From the human T2T-CHM13v2.0 reference genome, Homo sapiens: a stretch of DNA of 64,000 nucleotides. The DNA is taken from NCBI RefSeq assembly GCF_009914755.1, contig NC_060944.1. One strand, 5' to 3'. Each line of letters opens with the position of its first letter. Positions within the stretch are counted from its first letter, which is position 1. The notes beneath the pieces are model-generated. The model worked only from the letters and a program-made list of their open reading frames with translations. It made no database searches and was not told the DNA's origin. Shown here piece by piece: positions 14,260-26,958 of this stretch. The translations under genes were made by a program, and so were the position numbers.

Positions 14260-14690
14260 GATATTATTTCAGTTAACTATTTACATAGTCCTATTGTTAA
14301 CAAACCACTCTGGAATTCAGTGATTTAAAACAATAATTATTCTTATGTTTCTGGGTTTACTGATTGGCTGGAGCCACTCAGGGTCTGTAGGTTGACTGGG
14401 GCAATTTTGTTCCATGAATATTATTTTTACACCCAGGTAGAAGCTACTAGGGAGAAGCTCTTCTCAGGATGGAGGAAGAAGCTTCCGGAAGCACTAGCAG
14501 AAAAATGCACTGTCTCCTGAGGTCAAAGAAGGCACTCGGCACACACTGTCATGTCCGTCCACTACTGCTAGCCTAAGCAAGACACAAGGTCAAGGCCAAC
14601 ATCAGCTGGGCAGGAAAGTACACACTTCCCTTGAAGACTGGGGCAAAGGAATTCATGAACGCCAAAGATGACATTTTCAATACAACCAAT
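14260..14690 (-). mobile_element. MLT1 LTR
   Basis: Diverged MLT1 blocks (gtgatttaaaacaataattattc; agcaagacacaaggtcaaggccaacatca). Confidence 0.6.
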
Positions 14691-15769
14691 GAGATGGTGT
14701 CATGGGTCTTCGGTTCTCACTGGCTCCATTTCTTTAAGAGACAAAGATGGGGAGGTATCACTGGCGTTTGAGTCACGTTTGCAAAACATATTAAGATCCC
14801 AGTGGGAAAACGCACAACACAGAGAACAAAATTTCCATAGCTACATTTAAGAAATCTGACTATTGAATCAGTAGGCTGGTGGTTTTATTTGTTTTATTAT
14901 GTTTTCCGGACCCTTGGTAAATATTGTCTTAATTTGGGTTAATTACTTTTAAAGGGAACCTCAAGAATCAAGGCAAATTATTTGATATTTATTTCGTATT
15001 CTCCTTCCTTGTGACTAGAATACTAAATAAATCACTAGCAGCTTGACAACAGCAGCAGCCTACAACAGAGGTATAGAATCGGTACTTTTGTTCTGCCTTC
15101 TTATGTACTCTGCATTAGTCATGGCCATGGTAGAGAATTCTGTGGACTGTTTAAGCTTCTGTGTTTTTCTGAAGGTATATAGAGGAATGGAATGGGTCCA
15201 ACAGCAAAATTATTATTAGAAGGGAATAGAAATTGCCCACTAGTTGAATCTTCAATAAATATCTACCGTTGATTTCATTAACTGATACATGTGAAAGCTA
15301 AAAGATAGTTCAAATATTCCTGATACATCTTCCCAGGGACCTGACTGAGGTCAACCCCAAAATTTTAAGGATGAGAAACACTGAATTTAAAAAAAAAAAT
15401 CCATATATTGTTCAAGTTTTCCTTTTAGCCATAACAGATCCTAAGCTAGATCAGCCCAGGCTTTTTAGCTCCTAATTCCAGAACCTTCCAGCATACCATG
15501 CTTGCTTAATACAATAAAGGAACTGCAGGTATTTGGCCTAAGGGAGATAATAGTCATTTGGGATTTTAAGTAAATAAGAATCTCTTCCATCTGGATGCAG
15601 AACGCCGGGGTCTCAAATTGGGCAGGCAAAAGGCTTATTTTGAGGACAATGGAACACTCCCCTGTGGTCCCATTCATGGAGATGTGGGATGAGAATGAAA
15701 GTGAGGATCTTCAGCCTTCCTGACAGAATGTCCATCCTGTCACCTGAACCTCTGTCTGCCAAGTACAGT

Positions 15770-16460
15770 GGGGACTTTTCATTCCTGTGCTGATTTATAG
15801 CTTTCTGACATCTGACACTGTTGGCTTCCTCTTCTTAGAAAAATTCCCTGGGAATTTTTCTGATCCCACTTCTCTGATGGCTGCTTGTTCATTATTTTTG
15901 CAGTTTCTTTTCTTCTGGACTTGTCCTAATTAATGGTGTTCCCTTTGGTCCTCCCCTTTCCTCACTCCACGTGCTGCCCTTAGGGTCTAGAATTGTGGCT
16001 CTCAAATCTTCATCCCCAGCCCAAGTTGTCTTTTAAGCCCCAGAGCCACATTCTCAACCTTCTGGTGCACATCTCTTGGCTCATGGGAACCTGACTCCAC
16101 ATTCATGTCTCCCTGTGCCTGCCCTTCAAACACCATCTCCTTCTCTGGCATCTCCCCACTCAGGGAGCAGCAGCATCTACTCAGATACCTAATCCAGAAA
16201 CTAGGGACTTAATGGAGATTCCACTGTTCCCACCTTGCCTCACATCTAAGCAGCCACAAGCTCTGTAATTCTACAGCCTCAGTATTTCCTAATTATCCCC
16301 TTCCCTTCATTCGCAGACATTGTCTGAGTTCATTCACATCTTGTCATTTCTTACCTGGAACTGTGCACTGACTTCCTAACCATTCCCTAAACCCAACCTC
16401 AGCCCTTCGGCCCTCCATCCCTAAACCATTCTCCATGTGACCACAAGCCATCTTGCAGTA
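15770..16460 (+). mobile_element. L2 LINE fragment
   Basis: Pyrimidine-rich L2 3' region motifs (tcatccccagccc, catttcttacctgga, ccattctcca). Confidence 0.6.
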
Positions 16461-16471
16461 TAGAGCACACA

Positions 16472-16613
16472 TTTTTTTCTCCTTTTTTGTTTTTTAAGGG
16501 ATGGGTTCTTACTATGTTGTCTAGGCTAGTCTCAAACTCCTGGCCTCAAGCCATCTTCCCGCCTCATCCTCCTGAGTAGCTGGAACTGCAGGTACATGCC
16601 ACCATGCACGGCC
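16472..16613 (-). mobile_element. Free Alu monomer (FLAM-like)
   Basis: Single Alu arm with a T-rich tail: ctatgttgtctaggctagtctcaaactcctggcctcaag...ccaccatgcacggcc. Confidence 0.85.
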
Positions 16614-16875
16614 CACAAATTCTTCAGAGAGTTTCTCTAATAATGAATAAATTCAAGTTTTAGACAGTAATCTGATTTATATCAGCATTTGTACTCTGAG
16701 CATGGGACATTTGTTTATTTATTCCACATTATTTATTAAGTGCCTATTCTGAGCCTGACCTTGGCAATAGAATAGCAGTGAATATTTTCTTTAAACTCAT
16801 TCTCATGGAGCTTAAAACTTAGTAGGGGGAGGCACACAATACAAAATTAAATAGATATCTATAATGAATGATATA

Positions 16876-16956
16876 TTAGTTTGGTGCAAAAGTAATTGCG
16901 GTTTTTTGCCATTGAAAGTAATGGCAGAACCTACAATTACTTTTGCACCAATCTAA
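16876..16956. mobile_element. MADE1 (Hsmar1-derived ~80-bp MITE), lying within an L2 fragment
   Basis: ttag.ttggtgcaaaagtaattgcggtttttgcca...tggca..a.c..caattacttttgcaccaa.ctaa; long TIRs flanked by TA. Confidence 0.95.
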
Positions 16957-17404
16957 TAAATCAATACAATATATATTACGTGAGAAAGTGAAAAGTGCTT
17001 CTGAGAAAAGCAAATCAGAAAAGGGGAGTTGGGAGCGTTGTGGGGGAGGGTTGAAATGCTAGGCAGGGTCTGAAGAAGACGACATTTAAAGACCACAAGT
17101 GGGAAAGGAGTGAGCTATGCGGATAACCTGGAGGAGCGGGATTCTGGGTGGGGAACAGCAAGTACAAAGGCCCTGAGTCAGGAGTGCACTTGTCAAGTAG
17201 AGGAAGTAGCAAAAGAGACCGATGTGGCTGTAAAGTGAGAAAAGTGACAGTAGCCAGCTTGCATAGCATCCCATTGCCAATGGTTGCAGCAGTACCTAGA
17301 AAGAAGGCCAGCACTGAAATCTAGTGTTTTTGGCTTTCTCTGGTATCTCTGAGAAAGTGTCAGTCTGGCATACCCATTGTCAGAACAATCCACTTAAATA
17401 ATAT

Positions 17405-17860
17405 GTGTCCTAGTCAGTTTTTGCTGCGCAGCAAACAACTTTAAGTCTCAGTTACTTACAACTACAAGCATTTGCTTTTCTCACTTATGGATCTGTGGGT
17501 TGGGTGATCTTGGCTGGGCTCAAGATCTTGGGTGATCTTGGCTTGACTGCAGGCTGTAGGTTGGGCTCATGTCTGCCCACCTTGCCTCTGAGTTTTTCCT
17601 GAACCGAAAGACACATTCTATGGTGATCACAGAAGAAGAGGCCCAGCCAAACGATGAAGCACTTTAAAACCCCTGCTCATTCACATGTCATTGGTCAAAG
17701 CAAGTCACATGACCAAGACCAACATCAAATAGATGGAGAATTATATTCTACATGCCCTAGGGGGAGGCACTGCAAACCCACAGCAAAGGATGTGGAAGTA
17801 TAATTCTGCAATAGTAAATGAGTGAAGAAACAAGACCAATCATCCAGTATTTCATTATAC
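17405..17860 (-). mobile_element. MLT1 LTR
   Basis: cattggtcaaagcaagtcacatgaccaag.ccaacatca and other MLT1 blocks. Confidence 0.65.
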
Positions 17861-19399
17861 TGTAGTCCTGCCTTGAATCTCTACACACTTTTGCAGGTTA
17901 GAATGCACTTACACACGCCTTTCTGTGATACCTATTTAAAAGCCTTGTAGATAGTAGGCACTCATAAAACTGCTTCCTTAATAATGAAATCTATGGATAA
18001 ATGCCTTATTTCATATGACCCATGCAACAATTAGTGAATTAAATACAAATATCTTCATTTTACAGATGAGAAAGAATCTAAATGACTTTTCATTCAGGGT
18101 TGGCAGACTCAAGGCTCAAGCCCAATTCTTTGCTCTCTAAAGCAAAAGACAAAAATTCCAACATTACCTCAAAATTAAGTTTACAGCAACATGAGGCCTA
18201 TATTTGATTACAGTTGTCTGGAGTTCGAAGCACATTTTGTTGTAAATAGTTTTGGTTAATCTGACATTTTGTGAAACACAGTAAGGGCCACAGTGAGTTT
18301 CTGCTGGGTTTAGGCTTCTTTCTGAGATTGGCCTGGCTGAGCTAGGCAGGCTGACTGCTCATTCACCCATTTATTTTTCATTCAATCAACATGAACTGAG
18401 TGTTTATAAGAAGCAGTGTTTTTAAAGCTAGGGCTTCCACTGTAAAGAAAACAGACAATCATGGAGCTCTTTGAAAGGCAGACGGTAGTATATACGAAGT
18501 TGGAAGTGGTAACTACTCTGAAAACAAATAAAACAGAGTTGGGGATAGGAGGTTAAGGGGCATGATGACCAAGGTGAAGTAAACGAAAGAGGAGAAAGCT
18601 ATAGTCCCCATGGCAGAGAAGGATTTGTATAGCTGGTAACAAGAAGGATCAACTCAAAGCACCAGGAAAGGAATTGGATTAAATAGACAACTCTTGTCCA
18701 GGGTTGGTGGCTTAACCTGCACGAGTGTCCCCAGGAATGCAGCCCCCACCCCAAAGGCAACAAAGACCCTGCTTTTAAACTGACTGTTGGGGTTTCTTCA
18801 CTTCCTGAAACTATTTGAAAGAGTCATCATTCTTGATTTTCTTTCTTAGTTAAAATTTGAAATTCAGGTTGAATTTTTAAAAACTGAGTTCTGTCCTAGA
18901 ACTTCAGACAGAGGAGGTCAAAGTATCTATAAGATGCTTACATGCTAATAAAAGATTTCACACCAGTAAAGTGCATTGAAGGGCACTGTTGGTGGGAGTG
19001 AGGTTCTGAGTGGTCTTCTCATCTCCCCACCAGGAAAATAAAAGAATCTTGAATATGATTTGCATAGAATTCTGCCATAATTCAAGATATGACCTGTAAT
19101 TTTATTGCAAATATTGTTGTTTGGCTCCCACCAAGTGGATAGATGGGAGTAGCACAGAGGAAGGGTGCAGAAAGGAGAGAACCCTCAGTAACAAGGAGAG
19201 GTTAGGAGAAGAGCCTTTTTATAATCACTCTGTTCTCTCTGGAAGGAAGAACATCTTTGGGAAACTTGAGGCAAACAATTTCCTTGCATTTACTTTGACA
19301 AGTACCATCTGTTAATGGCAAATGATCCTGGATTTTCATTTACAGTATAAATACAAAGTTTCCTTTTAAAATAACTTTAATTTGTAAAGTTAGTACAGG

Positions 19400-19855
19400 T
19401 GGTATATTCTTGGATTAGTTTTTTCAACCTCCCCTTTTCTTTCCAAGAGGTTGGATGTCTTAGAATTATACTTTCCAGACATCCTTGTGGTTAAGGCTCT
19501 GGATGAATTCTGTTGTGCCAATTAAATGCAGTTGCATGAGTTTTGTAAGGCAGAAAGAAAGTGAAGCGAGCCTTGCTGCAGTAATGGCAGCTGATTAGTA
19601 AGCTTTGTGAGATTTGAGCACATGCAGGAGTCAGACTCATGCTTCTACTCTAGTCGACGGAGGCAGTTATTATGGCAGCAAGAGTGGAAAACGTGAAAAC
19701 TGTGGTTTCTTCCTGTTGACATGGATAGCAAGTTCCACTGGTGCCTCTGACTTCCATACTCTTCTCACCATTTTATAAGCATCTATTTCCCTGTATTAAA
19801 TCACCTTCTACTTGAAATACCTAGAGTGGTTTCTCATTATTTTATTAATTTAACA
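19400..19855 (+). mobile_element. ERVL LTR (LTR33-like)
   Basis: 3' motif tccctgtattaaatc.ccttct.cttgaaatacctagagtggtttct. Confidence 0.55.
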
Positions 19856-20719
19856 CATGTGGCAAAATTGTGATGTGGTAAGCACTGGTCTCATGGTGAC
19901 ATGACTAGAAACACACATTCTCAGAATTTATACAAAGGATACCTGAATGGATTTCGAAATATTACAATTTGGAGGCAAAGCAAAGCTGGAAATGCCAAGG
20001 GAAACTCATTAATTGATGTCCTATTGCCTTAAAAAATCTATTCAATTCCTTTTATGAAATGTGTTTTCAATTAATCTAATTGTCTTGGAGTCCTTCAGCT
20101 GACTGATTTTTCAACTGGTTTGGAGGAGGTTTTTTGGACATTTTGGTGGAATATAAGGAAACAGAGTTTGTCTCTTTGACTACCTTCATCACAGAGTAAA
20201 AGCTACATACTTACCTGAAGCCACAACTCCACGTGACTTACTATTTCAGTTGACCTAGCCCTTGAGCTTCTGAGGAAAGCAGATGTTGGGCTCAGTGGGT
20301 GGCTCCTTCAATAAACATGAAGAATGGCTTCAAAAAAAGCTACGGATAAACTATGAGTGGTTGGGGCTCTATACCAATGGCTGGGGAGGGTGTGAGGAGA
20401 AGAGAAACATAGCAGTGACTGCTAGCCCTGTGAGATCTTTTGCACCCAAGAAGTCCACTTAATTTATCAGGGAGGTCTTAGGAAAATTTAGCTGCCTCAG
20501 AAAGCCTGAAAGAAGACAGGTAGAGCACTTGAAAAAAAAAAAAAAAAACAAGAAAATGTCTAGAAGTATCTGCATCATCAGTAATGTGAGCAAAGGAACA
20601 TTTTGAATACTGAGTTAGCAAGTCTTGCTCTAGCGCTGAGGAGCCTTAGGTTTTAGGGGATTGCATAAGCAGAAATTGCCTCTTAAACTACAAGATTCTC
20701 TTTTCCTTTTTTTGCTTTG

Positions 20720-21322
20720 GTAGAAGATCTTTGTTGTTTTGCTTGCCACTGTCCACTCTACCAACTTTTGTTAATCATACTCCACTCTTCCTTTAGGAAA
20801 TACTCCCTTTCCAGCTCTCAGCCCATGTGAAGATGGGCTGACTGGCCTGGCGTGGGCTGACTGAGTACATGACCCAGGCCTGGCAAACTAGATCATTCCA
20901 TCATCTAGACCACTCTGATTGGTTCAGACATGGTCACATGATGTAAACCTAGACAACCCCAGACAATGAGCATGAGTCTGAAGACTTTTGATGGCACCAT
21001 TTGAGAAAAGGATGCTCTTTTTGTTGGTGTAAATAAACTGGTGGATGTAGCCTTATAACTGTAGGGAGACCTCCCTGTGAGAAAAGCTTTACCTGAGAAT
21101 GAAGCTAACATGAAGGAAAGATGAACAAATAAATGAAAAAAGAGAGATGAAAACAGAGACAGAGATAGTCCTTTAAATGCCATATGAGCCCTGGATCCAG
21201 CCATACCTGAAGTCAGAACTACTCCCTGGACTTAGTTACATGAACCAATGGATGTTCATTAAGGCTTAGATCAGTTTGAACTGACTTTCTGTCACTCACA
21301 ATCCAAGGCACCATGACGAATG
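20720..21322 (+). mobile_element. MLT1 (J/K-like) LTR
   Basis: catgacccaggcctggc, tgattggttcag, gagccctggatccagccatacctgaag, tttctgtcact. Confidence 0.7.
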
Positions 21323-22185
21323 CTTTAATTGTTCTTTTTCCACATTAACACAGTGCTAATTAGAGAGCATAGATCTTTATTTTCTTCCTTTTTCTACAAC
21401 CCCCACCTCCACCACCCAGAAGTCTTCTGATGCCTGGTTTTATCCTGTATTCATTCAGCAGACATTTATAGAGCACGCACCATATGCCAAGCATTGTCCA
21501 CAACAACAGTTTTAGAAAACTAATATGGCATAGACCTTGCCATTAAAAAATTCAGTCAATACTGCTTTCCTAAAATGCATAAAAGATCACAAGTTGGTCA
21601 TTTTGTTTTCTCCAAATTTTCAGCTTTCAAAAAAAAATTTAACTCTCAATTTCAAAATGTTTGTAACTGTTACCCATAAATTTACTTTATTGCATATGAA
21701 TAGTTTAATTTTATAATAGCATCAATTTTCACCAAATTTCTTCATGTTTTTAATGTTGTTATCACATCTTCACCTTAGGAAACTTATTTAAGCTCTCTGA
21801 GCCTTGGTTTTCTCATCTGTAAAATAAACGGGTAGAGGGTACTGATATGCCTGGTATCTTCTCAACCTGAAATTCTGACAGCTTGCTCACCTATGTTGAC
21901 TCCTTTCTTCCTTTGAAACAATTTTTTCCTCTGCCCTATAGCAACTTCTATAACACATATCCCCCCCGCCCCCCAAACCCCAGGGAATTAAATGCATTTC
22001 TCAGAATTCAGGAAGACTGCCCTGCTTTCATTCCTAATGCCTGTAACCTGTTCTCTATGAAGCAGCCAAACCGATCATTCCCAACTATATATGAAACCAA
22101 ACTCCACATTTTCCACTCCTATTTAACATCCAGTGGCATCCTATCACCCTTGCAATAAAATCCAAACTCCTTATCTGATCCCTGT

Positions 22186-22587
22186 TGATATAGTTTGAAT
22201 GTGTGTCCCTGCCCAAATCTCATTTTGAAATGTCATCCCCAGTGCTGGAGGTGGGGCCTGGTGGGAGGTGATGGGCTCAAGGGGGAGGATTTCTCATGAA
22301 TAGTTTGACACCATCCCCTTGGTGCTGTCCTTGCAGTAGTGAGTGAGTTCCCATGAGATCTGTTCATTTACAAGTGTGTGGCACCTTTCCCCTCTCTCTC
22401 TTGCTCTTGCTTTTGCCATGTGACATGCAAGCGCCTGCTTGGCCTTCTGTCATGATTGCAAGTTTCCAGAGGCCTCCCCAGAAGCAGATGCCAGTGTTAT
22501 GCTTCCGCAAGCCAATGAAGCCTCTTTTTTAATAAATTACCCAGTCTCGGGTATTTCTTTATAGCAACACAAGAACAGACTAATACA
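22186..22587 (+). mobile_element. MST (MSTB-like) solo LTR inserted in an L2
   Basis: TG...CA termini (tgatatagtttgaatgtgtgtccc ... agactaataca); near-TSD cctgt/cctgc. Confidence 0.9.
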
Positions 22588-23689
22588 CCTGCCTTTCTCT
22601 TCCTCTCTCATCTTACTTCCTCTTCTCCCTCTTGCTCAATATATTCCAGCCACTCTGCCTTGAATTTGCCAATCTTGTTTCCCTTTCAGAGACTTTGGTC
22701 TTGCTGCTCCCTCTTTCCAGAATACTTTCTTCCCAGATCTTGACAAGGTTTTCTTCCACACTTCACTCAGGTTGCCCATTCAAAGATATTTCCTGACTCT
22801 ACCCGCCATCTAAAATAACATCTTACTCCCACTCTTTTCCATACTTTGTTTTATTTTCGTCTCAGCTCTTATCACTCATTGAAATTATAATGTATCATGT
22901 TATAATGATTCTATCTTATATAATTAACATTTAATTTAATATAATTTAATGTAAATTACATTAGCATAGAGAGTAGCAAATAGTAGAGGCTCAGCTGGCT
23001 TTGTGGAATGAATAATTTTACTCTAATTCTAATAATAGCCATCTGTTTAGCTTTGAGGTATTTATGACAAAAACCCACCTTAATCACAAGCCCTGCTTTT
23101 AACATCTTTTGTTCGAATATATGGACAGTTTTTTTATCCAAGTGGATTTTAAGAAACTTGAAGATCCTACAAACAGACATCCCTTCTTTTGTGAGTTCTC
23201 ACAGACTGCCATTAGCTAGTAGAATTGTAATTATATTTTCAGAAGGAACTGTATACTCTACAGATTGAGAAAGGTTTTTCTTGCATTCTTAAAAGATTCA
23301 GTTAGGAAATGGCAGAATTGGTTTCTAAGACAACCTGTAATGGGTAGCATCTAAAACTTGGTTCACCAGGTGGAATCACAGGCAAGTGCTCAGAAATCGT
23401 GACATTAGACCCAGAGTTTAAACCAGAATGATGTGTTCTACTGATGAGGTCTTTCTGCTTTTTATCAAACTCATCCTATTTGGCCATTTGATTCTAGAAA
23501 TATGGTCCAGGCAAAGGTCACAGTAAGCCGTACAAAGTGTTCCCAGTTCATTCAGAAAGAAGCTCATGGAAACTATCTCAGAGTCTTTAAGTGCCTATGC
23601 CCCAGGTTAGGAGATCAAGGACAAGAAATCTGGGTGTAACTCCTGGTGAACAGAATAAGGCTCAGAAGAGGAAAGGTCAAGAATCTCCC

Positions 23690-24200
23690 TCATATACATG
23701 TTTACTCAATGGTAACAAGAATGCACCAGATTTTTCACAACAGTACTATTTGTAATAGCCAAAAATGGTGAGAATCCCCATGTTCATCAACAGTAGAATG
23801 GATAAATTATGTTGGAATTCATGCGTAGATTAGTGTACAAAAAATGAGAATGGATGGTTTACAACTGCATTGAATGATACAGATACATATTGTTGAGAGA
23901 AAGAAGACAGTCAACCAAACACAAAAGAGTACATACTAAATAATTCAGTCTAATGTTCAAAAAAACAAACAGACTTAATTCATGGTGTGAAAAATCAGGA
24001 TTGTGGTTACCCTTAGGGAGTTAGTGACTAGAAAAGAACATGAAAGAGGCATCTGGGGTACTGGTAATGATCTAGTTCTATATTCGGGTCCTGGTTACAC
24101 AGATGTGTTAACTACCAAAATTCATTCAGTTGTGCACTTATAATATGTGCATTTTTCTGTATTTATTTCATATTTCAATAAAAAGTTTACTAAAAAAATT
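23690..24200 (+). mobile_element. Old L1M (L1ME-like) 3' fragment
   Basis: tgttcatcaacagtagaatggataaatt...aaattcattcagttgtgcactta...atttcaataaaaag. Confidence 0.75.
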
Positions 24201-24473
24201 TCCTCATGTGTTTTAGAAATTTTAAGCCAAGAAAATTAAGAAAGCCCTCTTTTGCAAGCACTCACAGATTGATATACCAACTTTCAAACTCATAAGAAGC
24301 ATGTGTTGAAAAGTCGTTGACTCTTTAGCTGAACCTCACAAAAAGAACTCATTTGATTCTGAAGATGTCACACACCCTGAGTTTGTGAAAAGAGAAGGTT
24401 TGGCTTTCAGGATCCCAGAGCATATATTTTCCAAAATCTCACACTTTCCCTCTTGGTCATGATCATTCACCAA

Positions 24474-24474
24474 A

Positions 24475-24507
<33 letters not shown>

Positions 24508-24594
24508 CACACGTGTGTGTGTATGTATGTGTGTGTGTGCATAACATACATATACATACATATATGTATATATATATAATTATACAATATATAA
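24474..24594. repeat. Compound (CA)n-(TG)n-(TA-rich) microsatellite
   Basis: Read directly from the sequence. Confidence 0.95.
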
Positions 24595-24934
24595 TTTAAG
24601 CAATTACTGTCTTGTGTGCTGTATTCCAAGCTTTTCCTACATTATTAATAAAAAATTGTCCTCCATCTTCTAGAAATTTTCAGTCTACCTGAATGTTTAT
24701 CATATGTATAATTGAACATTTCCCTAAAGCATAAAGACTCAATCAATGGGCTTCTACTGCTCACTGAGATAATCACCTTTAAAAAGACAAATGTTTTTTC
24801 TGCTAGATCTCTTTATCTTCACTGTGGGTTCCTCTTATTTTATTTCTACATCAATGTTCATATTTAACTTATTATTTTATCTTATTTTTAAATTTCTTTT
24901 ATGTTGAGCCTTGATGAAAGCCATAGGTTCTCTC
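24595..24934 (+). repeat. Inverted duplication, copy A (340 bp)
   Basis: Reverse complement of 29661-29996; by eye 2 substitutions, a 1-bp indel and a 3-bp indel. Confidence 0.97.
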
Positions 24935-25245
24935 ATATAATTATATGTGTATGTATGTATATGTACATAATATATACATATATGTATATGTATGTACATA
25001 ATATATACGTATATGTATGTGTATGTACATAATATATACGTATATGTATGTGTATGTACATAATATATACGTATATGTATGTGTATGTACATAATATATA
25101 CGTATATGTATGTGTATGTACATAATATATACGTATATGTATGTGTATGTGTATTACATAATATATACATATATGTATATATTATGTATATGTACATAAT
25201 ATATACATATATGTATATGCATGTATATGTATGTTATACACACAC
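24935..25245. repeat. AT-rich 31-bp VNTR (gtatgtacataatatatacgtatatgtatgt) with degenerate flanks
   Basis: Five perfect copies starting at 24990, 25021, 25052, 25083 and 25114. Confidence 0.95.
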
Positions 25246-25265
25246 TAATTCCCCTACATCTCACC

Positions 25266-25710
25266 TGTATAAGCCATTTTTTTAGTTGCTATAAAGGAAT
25301 ATCTGAGGATGGATAATTTACTTTTTTAAAAAAAGAGGTTTAATTGGCTCACAGTTCTGCAGGCTCTGCAGGAGGCATGGTGCTGGCACCTGTTTGGCTT
25401 CTGGCGGCAGCTTCAGGAAGCTTAAAATCATGGTGGTGGGAAAAAAGTCCTGGTGGAAGGTGAAGGGGGGCTGATGTATCCTGTGGTGAGAATGGGTACA
25501 AGAGAGTAGGAGAAGGGAGAGATCCCGGACTTCTAAGGAAACACATCTTGTGTGAACTGAGCAAGAACTCACTTATCACCAAGGGGATGGTGCTATACCA
25601 TGAGGGATCCGCCCCCACGATCCAATCACCTCCCGCCAGTCCCCACTTCCAACATTGAGTATTACATTTCAACGTGAGATTTGGAGGGGACAAACATCCA
25701 AACTATATCA
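25266..25710 (-). mobile_element. MST (MSTA/B-like) solo LTR
   Basis: tgtat...aaagaggtttaattggctcacagttctgcaggct...catccaaactatatca; near-TSD tcacc/tgacc. Confidence 0.9.
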
Positions 25711-26109
25711 TGACCCTTCCATCTACCACCTTTTCTACCATCACCACCACCAGAACCCTGAACCCACATGCTATAACTCTGAATTTTTTCCCCACCACCA
25801 CTATACTTTTTGGCAATTTTAATTTGATTTGATTGATAGGAAAAGATTCAGAGATGACAAACTCGGAAGGAAATGGCTATAGGCTTCATTCTACCTACAG
25901 ATAAATTTTGTTTGGTCTTCACAAGGTATTTGTTAAATTTCTGAATGTGAATGTCTTTAGACTGGGCAAATGGTCTCCAGTTAACTGTGGTTCCCCAGCA
26001 CTTTTTGCTATTTAACTCCCAACATACTACACTTAGGTTTCCCAAAATCTCATACCTTCCCTTTCTTATATTTTCTGCCAAGAATATAAGACATTTTGAG
26101 TTTTCCATC

Positions 26110-26695
26110 TTTGTTGTTGTTGTTTTTACTTTTTTATTTCAATAGGTTTTTGGGAAACAGGTGGTGTTTGGTTACATGAATAAGTTCTTCAGTGCTGATT
26201 TCTGAGATTTTGGTGCACCCATTACCCAAGCAGTGTATGCTGCAACCGATGTGTAGTCTTTTATCCCTCACCCCCCGCTCAACCTTCCCCCTCCCCAAGT
26301 CCCCAAAGTCTATTGTATCATTCTTATGCCTTCACATCCTCATAGCTTAGTTCTCACTTATGAGTGAGAACATACAATGTTTGGTTTTCCATTCCTAAAT
26401 TAGTTCCCTTGAAGTAATGGTTTGCAATTCCATTCAGGTTGCTACAAATGTCATTATTTCTTTCCTTTTTATGGCTGAGTAGTAGTAGTCCATGGTATAT
26501 ATACATACATACATAGACACACACACACACACAAACACACACATGTATATACACATTTTCTTTATCCACTCGATGATTGATGAGCATGTGGGCTGGTTCT
26601 ATATTTTTGCAATTGTGAATTGTGCTGCCATAAACATGCATGTGCAAGTATCTTTCTTGTATAATGGCTTCTTTTCCTCTGGGTAGATACCCAGG
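26110..26695 (-). mobile_element. L1PB-type 3' fragment
   Basis: tttcaataggtttttggg.aacaggtggtgtttggttacatgaataagttctt...gatttctgagattttggtgcaccca. Confidence 0.85.
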
Positions 26696-26881
26696 AGTTT
26701 TCCACCTTTGAATTAATCCTTAGGAATCAAAAAACATTGCCCTTCCCCACTTGCCTACTGAAGGTCAAACAAGCCTCTTCTGGGGAGCAAAAGTCAAATG
26801 GAGAATATACATGTTTGTGTGACTGTTGTCCCCATGGTTTAGTGCTTCCAAGGTACCAGAGTTGATTGGTTCATTGAGGGG

Positions 26882-26883
26882 TA

Positions 26884-26926
<43 letters not shown>

Positions 26927-26927
26927 C

Positions 26928-26954
<27 letters not shown>
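26882..26954. repeat. Compound (TG)n(GA)n microsatellite
   Basis: Read directly from the sequence. Confidence 0.95.

Positions 26955-26958
<4 letters not shown>

Noticed and set aside
16876-16956. Novel miRNA-like hairpin
   Set aside because: Explained by MADE1; many such copies exist and expression cannot be inferred from sequence.
24877-25285. Y/T/H/I-rich repeat ORFs and a CRISPR-like periodic look
   Set aside because: Head-to-tail VNTR with no unique spacers; eukaryotic DNA with no cas genes.
22186-25710. Two MST LTRs as ends of a provirus or composite element
   Set aside because: Opposite orientations, diverged from each other, each with its own near-TSD, and no internal MaLR sequence between them.
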